Virus record (IMG/VR): IMGVR_UViG_3300050821_009523
Length of the DNA stretch: 26,964 bases
Direction: 5' to 3' (one strand)
From: a virus
Taxonomy: Duplodnaviria; Heunggongvirae; Uroviricota; Caudoviricetes
Positions 22,788 to 26,964 of the stretch are shown here, in pieces. Numbering within the stretch: position 1 is the stretch's first letter; every line of letters begins with the position of its first letter. The notes under the pieces were generated by a model that made no database searches, was not told where the DNA came from, and worked only from the letters and a program-made list of their open reading frames with translations. The position numbers were made by a program, and so were the translations under genes.

Positions 22788-23059
22788 GCCGCAGATGACC
22801 CGCTGCGGCGCCGGGGGCAGGAGGCTTGCGCCTCCCCACCGCCACCCGATCGCTGCAACGCTCACGGAGGATCGGGACTCCGGCCCCGTCAGCCCAACCT
22901 ACAGGCCGGCCGGGGGCACCACCTAGCGCCTACGCCGCCGCCGGGTGCGCTAGGACACCGGATCGCGGCGGCTTACGCGGCCGGGGTGGGCCGGTGCAGC
23001 CTAGGCGGCCCAATCCCCTTCCCCCCGCGCACCACCAACCCGCACCCCGGCAAGCCGGT
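22788..23059. other. Hairpin-dense non-coding region
   Basis: At least six 6-9 bp inverted repeats in ~270 nt; no convincing ORF. Confidence 0.4.
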
Positions 23060-23130
23060 ATGCTACCATACGCATAGCCCTTGCAGGGACCTGTAGCGGC
23101 CGTACGGGAAGCCGGCCGAGTGGGGCACCC

Positions 23131-24009
23131 TTGATCCCGCTTGCCAACTATCGCGTTGCGCCTAAAGCTCCTGGCATCTATCTCATTTTCAACGGCGCCA
23201 GCGGCATGCAGTATGTCGGGCAGGCTTTCAACCTGCGCACGCGGATCTATCGCCACCACTTTGAGCTATCCAAGCGTAGGCACGGATCGCAGTATCTACA
23301 GCATGCCTTCGCCAAGTATGGCGCAGAGGCGTTTTCCTATTTCATCCTTGAACGTTTAGAGAGAGGTGCGGGGCTTAAGGACGCGCTAATGGAGCGCGAG
23401 CAGTATTGGATCGACCAATGGCCAGCTAACCTGCTTTATAACGCAGTCCCCAAGGCTGGGTGGACGGCGTTGGGAGTAAAGCGTAGTGACGCCACGCGTG
23501 CGCGCCTAAGTGCGTCGTTGAGGCGCCTTGGACGAAAACCAACACCAGAGCAGTTCGCAAAAGCTCGCGCTACGATAGCGAGTTGGACGCCAGAAGAAGC
23601 AGCTGCCGTCTTTGCGCGCCGCTCAATTGGGCATAAGGGCAGGTTTCCCACGGCAGAGGCTCGCGCAAAGATGAGCGCGGCTCAAGCGCGGCGAGAAACT
23701 AAGTATCATAGCTCTGAATCTCGCGCCAAGATGAGCGAGGCTCATCGCGCTCATAACCTAACACCCGAAACGCGCGCGCGGATGAGTGCTGCTGCGAAGG
23801 CCCGTAAGGATCGCAAGCCGGCGAGCCAGGAAACGAGAGAGAAGATTAGCCTTGCCAACCGCGGCAAGAAACGCGCTGCTGCGGTGGTCGCTGCCGCGCG
23901 CGAACGCGTGATAGCTAGAGTACAGCCGCAAAGCAAGGGAACCGGTCGCTTTGTGTCTAAGGCACCGACACCGACTAAGCAGATGGCGCTCTGGCCGGAG
24001 GACAAATAA
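23131..24009 (+). CDS. GIY-YIG homing endonuclease with NUMOD3-type repeats
   Basis: PGIYLIFN...QYVGQA..LRTRI..H, EREQYWID, YN; repeats PTAEARAKMSAA, HSSESRAKMSEAH, LTPETRARMSAA, ASQETREKISLANRGKK. Confidence 0.92.
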   Translation: MIPLANYRVAPKAPGIYLIFNGASGMQYVGQAFNLRTRIYRHHFELSKRRHGSQYLQHAFAKYGAEAFSYFILERLERGAGLKDALMEREQYWIDQWPANLLYNAVPKAGWTALGVKRSDATRARLSASLRRLGRKPTPEQFAKARATIASWTPEEAAAVFARRSIGHKGRFPTAEARAKMSAAQARRETKYHSSESRAKMSEAHRAHNLTPETRARMSAAAKARKDRKPASQETREKISLANRGKKRAAAVVAAARERVIARVQPQSKGTGRFVSKAPTPTKQMALWPEDK

Positions 24010-24011
24010 AA

Positions 24012-25871
24012 GTGGCCTACGACGCGAGCTTTGATCAGTCGCCTGCGTACGCCCCTGCCATTGGCATGGGCGGCAACATCGATACGCCAACCATGAACTG
24101 GTACAGGGGGGAGATACGCCGCCGGCTTTCGCGCTTGCTGATGGGCGGTACCGAGGCGATGCGCGTGGCGGCCGGCAGCGGCGGCCCGGTTGCGTACATC
24201 AGCAGCAACGTGCAGAACCCGCAGGAAATCGGCACTCTGCGAGCGATGCCAAGTGTGCTACCTATCGAAAAGGGTGAAACGCAGGAAGAGTATACTACGA
24301 GACGCGACAGAAGCGTATTATTCTCCTATTTCAAGGACGCGATTGATGAGCACGTAGGGCGCGCTTTTCACCAGCCGCCGCAACTGCTCGATGACGTGCC
24401 GACCTTTATCCGTGGGGATATTCAGCATACGGAAATCCTTGTCGATGACGAGGATAACCCAGGCCAAAAGAAACCCATTAAGAAGACGAAGAAGATCGCA
24501 ACCGGCATCTGGGAGAACATCGATAATCAAGGCAACCACGGTGATGTGTTTGGGCGCGCCTTGTGGGCAGCGGCTGAGATCGATGGCATTACGTTTGTGC
24601 TGGTGGAGCGCACGCCTGGGCCGCGAGATCAAGCTGGCGCACCGCTGGCGCAGAGCGTGGCGGACCGAAAGGCAACGGACGGCAGGGTATATTGGGTGCA
24701 TCTCCTTGCTGAGGATTGCATCGAAATAACCCCCAGGATGTACAACGGTGCCCCGCGGCTATCTGTGTGGCGACACCGCGAGCGCATGGTGCTGGCAAGG
24801 GGTGCGGTGGTGCACCGCGTTAGGAAGTTCATCGACGGGCTGCACCCTGGCGAATATAGCGATCCGCGGCAGGCCAACTTTATCCCGCCGGATAACCCGT
24901 CGCGCTTGGCCCGCTGGGAGCTGTACGAGGAGCCCGATGAGGTCCGCACGATGGCGGACCAGACAAAGCGCGAGCAGCAGGGCTGGGGGCCACCGATCGA
25001 GCAGGGTTACCTATCGCTGCCGTTCATCCCGATTGTGCCGTTCTTCTTCGGCGACAAGATCGACTTCTGGCAGGCGGACCCGGCGGCCAAAGGGTTGGCC
25101 GAGGCCAACGGCGTGCACTACCGCGTATATAGCGACTACCTCGATTTGTTGCACGCCGCGTGCGTCCCGATGCTGCACCGCAGCGGGTGGTCGCCCAGCA
25201 TGACGGACCCGAGTAACCCGCAAAATGTGGTATCGAGCAAGCGGTTGTTGTGGACGATGGACCCGGCAGGGCGCGCCGAGTGGGTGGAGGTGCGCGGTAG
25301 CTCGTTGCAGCGCATTGAGGCTAGCTTGGACCGCATCGAGGCACGCTGCCAGGTGCTGTCGCTTGAGCCGCTGTTGCAGCGTTTGGGGACGCCTACCGCT
25401 ACGGCCGAGGGGCTAAAGGCCGCCAAGGCCAACAGCCGGATCGAGGCGTGGATGGTGCTGTACAAGGATAGCATGGAGCTGTGCCTCGATTATAGTGCGC
25501 AGTATGAGGGAATGCCGGAGGATTCAGGCGGCAGCGTTTCGACCAACAAGGACCTCGGCTTGTTTATCCTTGGGGGCGTGGACTTCAACTTGCTGCTGGC
25601 GCTGAATGCAGCGGGGAAAATCGACGACGGTACGTTGCTGTTTGAGGCCAAACGGCGCGGTATCTTGCACATGGACGCAGATATCGACGACATCAAGCGG
25701 CTGGCAAGAATCGAGCAGCAGAATGCCGCCTCGCGCATGCGTGGCACTGCGCTGCCGCTTGGGCAACAGCCGCCAAACGCTACAGCCCAGACAGAGGAAA
25801 AGGCGTCGCAGCCACCGCCGATTCCGCCGGGCGAGGGCGAGGCACGTGGTGCGCGGGCGCCAGTTGGGTAG
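24012..25871 (+). CDS. Phage portal protein (DUF4055-type)
   Basis: RSVLFSYFKDAIDEHVGRAFHQPP, NIDNQGN, GITFVLVE, FIPIVPF, LAEANGVHYRVYSDYLDLLHAACVPML, TATAE. Confidence 0.88.
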   Translation: MAYDASFDQSPAYAPAIGMGGNIDTPTMNWYRGEIRRRLSRLLMGGTEAMRVAAGSGGPVAYISSNVQNPQEIGTLRAMPSVLPIEKGETQEEYTTRRDRSVLFSYFKDAIDEHVGRAFHQPPQLLDDVPTFIRGDIQHTEILVDDEDNPGQKKPIKKTKKIATGIWENIDNQGNHGDVFGRALWAAAEIDGITFVLVERTPGPRDQAGAPLAQSVADRKATDGRVYWVHLLAEDCIEITPRMYNGAPRLSVWRHRERMVLARGAVVHRVRKFIDGLHPGEYSDPRQANFIPPDNPSRLARWELYEEPDEVRTMADQTKREQQGWGPPIEQGYLSLPFIPIVPFFFGDKIDFWQADPAAKGLAEANGVHYRVYSDYLDLLHAACVPMLHRSGWSPSMTDPSNPQNVVSSKRLLWTMDPAGRAEWVEVRGSSLQRIEASLDRIEARCQVLSLEPLLQRLGTPTATAEGLKAAKANSRIEAWMVLYKDSMELCLDYSAQYEGMPEDSGGSVSTNKDLGLFILGGVDFNLLLALNAAGKIDDGTLLFEAKRRGILHMDADIDDIKRLARIEQQNAASRMRGTALPLGQQPPNATAQTEEKASQPPPIPPGEGEARGARAPVG

Positions 25872-26346
25872 CGGCCCAATGGACGCAACTGGCGCAGGTT
25901 GCGTCTAGTGTCTTGCGCGTGGCGAGCGTCTTGGCCGTTATCTTGCCGCATACACCGCAACTGCGTGCCCTAGTGATGGTTTGGAGTGTTGCTGTAAGCG
26001 GCAGCGTGCCGCGCCGCCGGCGTTTCTCAAACCGCCGATTGCGTGCCCGCGTCTGGGAGTTGCCAATGCGCGCGCCACCCCTTATCGGGCAGCCCGCACG
26101 GATCATGTCGCGCAAGACGAGCTTTTCCGTAAAACGCAGGTTAGCGCCAGCGCGGTTGCAGCGGCCGTGTGCAAGCGCAAGGTTCCACAGCGCGTTTCGG
26201 CCGCCAGCAGACCACGGGATAAGGTGCTCGCGCGTTATGTCAAACTTAAAGTCAAGCGGCATGCCGCAGTACCAGCAGCCCGTGCCGTCACGCTCCACCA
26301 GCAGATGGATCAACTGGCGGTCTTGCAACCTGTCGCAGCCCTTCAT
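25780..26346 (-). CDS. HNH endonuclease with C-terminal Zn ribbon
   Basis: ERDGTGCWYCG...TREHLIPWSAGGRNALWNLALAHGRCN; later CGVC and CASC. Confidence 0.85.
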   Translation of the reverse strand: MKGCDRLQDRQLIHLLVERDGTGCWYCGMPLDFKFDITREHLIPWSAGGRNALWNLALAHGRCNRAGANLRFTEKLVLRDMIRAGCPIRGGARIGNSQTRARNRRFEKRRRRGTLPLTATLQTITRARSCGVCGKITAKTLATRKTLDATCASCVHWAATQLAPAHHVPRPRPAESAVAATPFPLSGL

Positions 26347-26582
26347 GGTGGTGCGATCCGAAATGCATGCCCTGTGGCGTCACGCCAGTCCCTTTCGATC
26401 GTGCGTTGCCGTCCTAAGCGGTCAACCGCAAAGCGGCGCCCAAGGAATTGCCAGATAGTGACGCGCCCTGCCCTGACAGCGCACTGCCATTCCTCGTCCA
26501 CCTCTTGCAGTTGCACTTGCGTAGGGCCGCACCACCCATAGTCGCGCCCAGCAGCGCACGCGGCGCACTCGCACATCGTCAT
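26343..26582 (-). CDS. Hypothetical protein (79 aa)
   Basis: ATGA-coupled on both sides; CECAAC. Confidence 0.6.
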   Translation of the reverse strand: MTMCECAACAAGRDYGWCGPTQVQLQEVDEEWQCAVRAGRVTIWQFLGRRFAVDRLGRQRTIERDWRDATGHAFRIAPP

Positions 26583-26964
26583 GGCGCGCCTGTCTCGAAT
26601 AGCGGCAGCGCCTGCTGGGGACGTTTAGCGGCGTGCAGGCGTCTGCGCAGCTTGCCAGTCTCTTTCGGGTGGCAGCGCCGACACAAAATGCGGTAGCCCT
26701 CTGGCCCGCACCCGCCGCCGCCCTCTATTACCGGCACGATATGGTCAAGCTCGTATAGGTGCGGTGCGCCGCCAATGGGGTGCGTGCGCCTGTGCCATTC
26801 GGTTGCCTGTGTATAGAGCGCGTGCCAGACGCGGTGCCAGAAATGCCCCCACGCCATCGTGTCGCCAAACTGCTGGCGCAACCGCTCGCGCAGGATCGGA
26901 TCGATAGCACAAGTCGACACCAGTTTACGGCAGAGCGCACACCGGCCACCATCGCGGCGAAACA
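26579..26964 (-). CDS. HNH endonuclease, 5' end outside the window
   Basis: Frame stays open to the edge (FRRDGGRCALC...), then YELDHIVPVIEGGGGCGPEGYRILCRRCH. Confidence 0.85.
   Translation of the reverse strand, partial: FRRDGGRCALCRKLVSTCAIDPILRERLRQQFGDTMAWGHFWHRVWHALYTQATEWHRRTHPIGGAPHLYELDHIVPVIEGGGGCGPEGYRILCRRCHPKETGKLRRRLHAAKRPQQALPLFETGAP

Noticed and set aside
22779-24009. Group I intron housing the GIY-YIG gene
   Set aside because: No recognisable P7 (R/S) sequences and no interrupted host ORF; treated as free-standing.
1-26964. Integrase, att sites or genome termini
   Set aside because: No recombinase gene or flanking direct repeat is visible, so prophage versus free phage cannot be decided from this window.

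Overview
GC-rich tailed-phage (or prophage) DNA. No integrase, bacterial housekeeping gene or CRISPR array is visible. Recognisable phage genes are a minor head/head-morphogenesis protein (SPP1 gp7/Mu gpF type), small and large terminase, a DUF4055-type portal, DUF5131 (Gp37Gp68), an HD hydrolase, an XRE-HTH protein, DUF3560, DUF932, one GIY-YIG/NUMOD3 endonuclease and two HNH endonucleases, plus many small start/stop-coupled ORFs. The packaging genes are scattered. A 5.5 kb minus-strand accessory block (16440-21950) sits between terL and portal and holds the two most interesting elements. (1) A Ro60 (TROVE/VWA) gene with its own sigma70-type promoter, preceded by three tandem Y-RNA-like units (one with a circularly permuted tRNA domain, YrlA type; two minimal) and overlapped at its stop codon by a degenerate 76-nt tRNA-Thr-like gene. 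(2) An orphan double-glycine, lanthipeptide-like precursor peptide with no modifying enzyme in the window. There are also two structured non-coding regions (22105-22270, 22788-23059). All family assignments are by eye from motif recognition; no database search or folding program was run.
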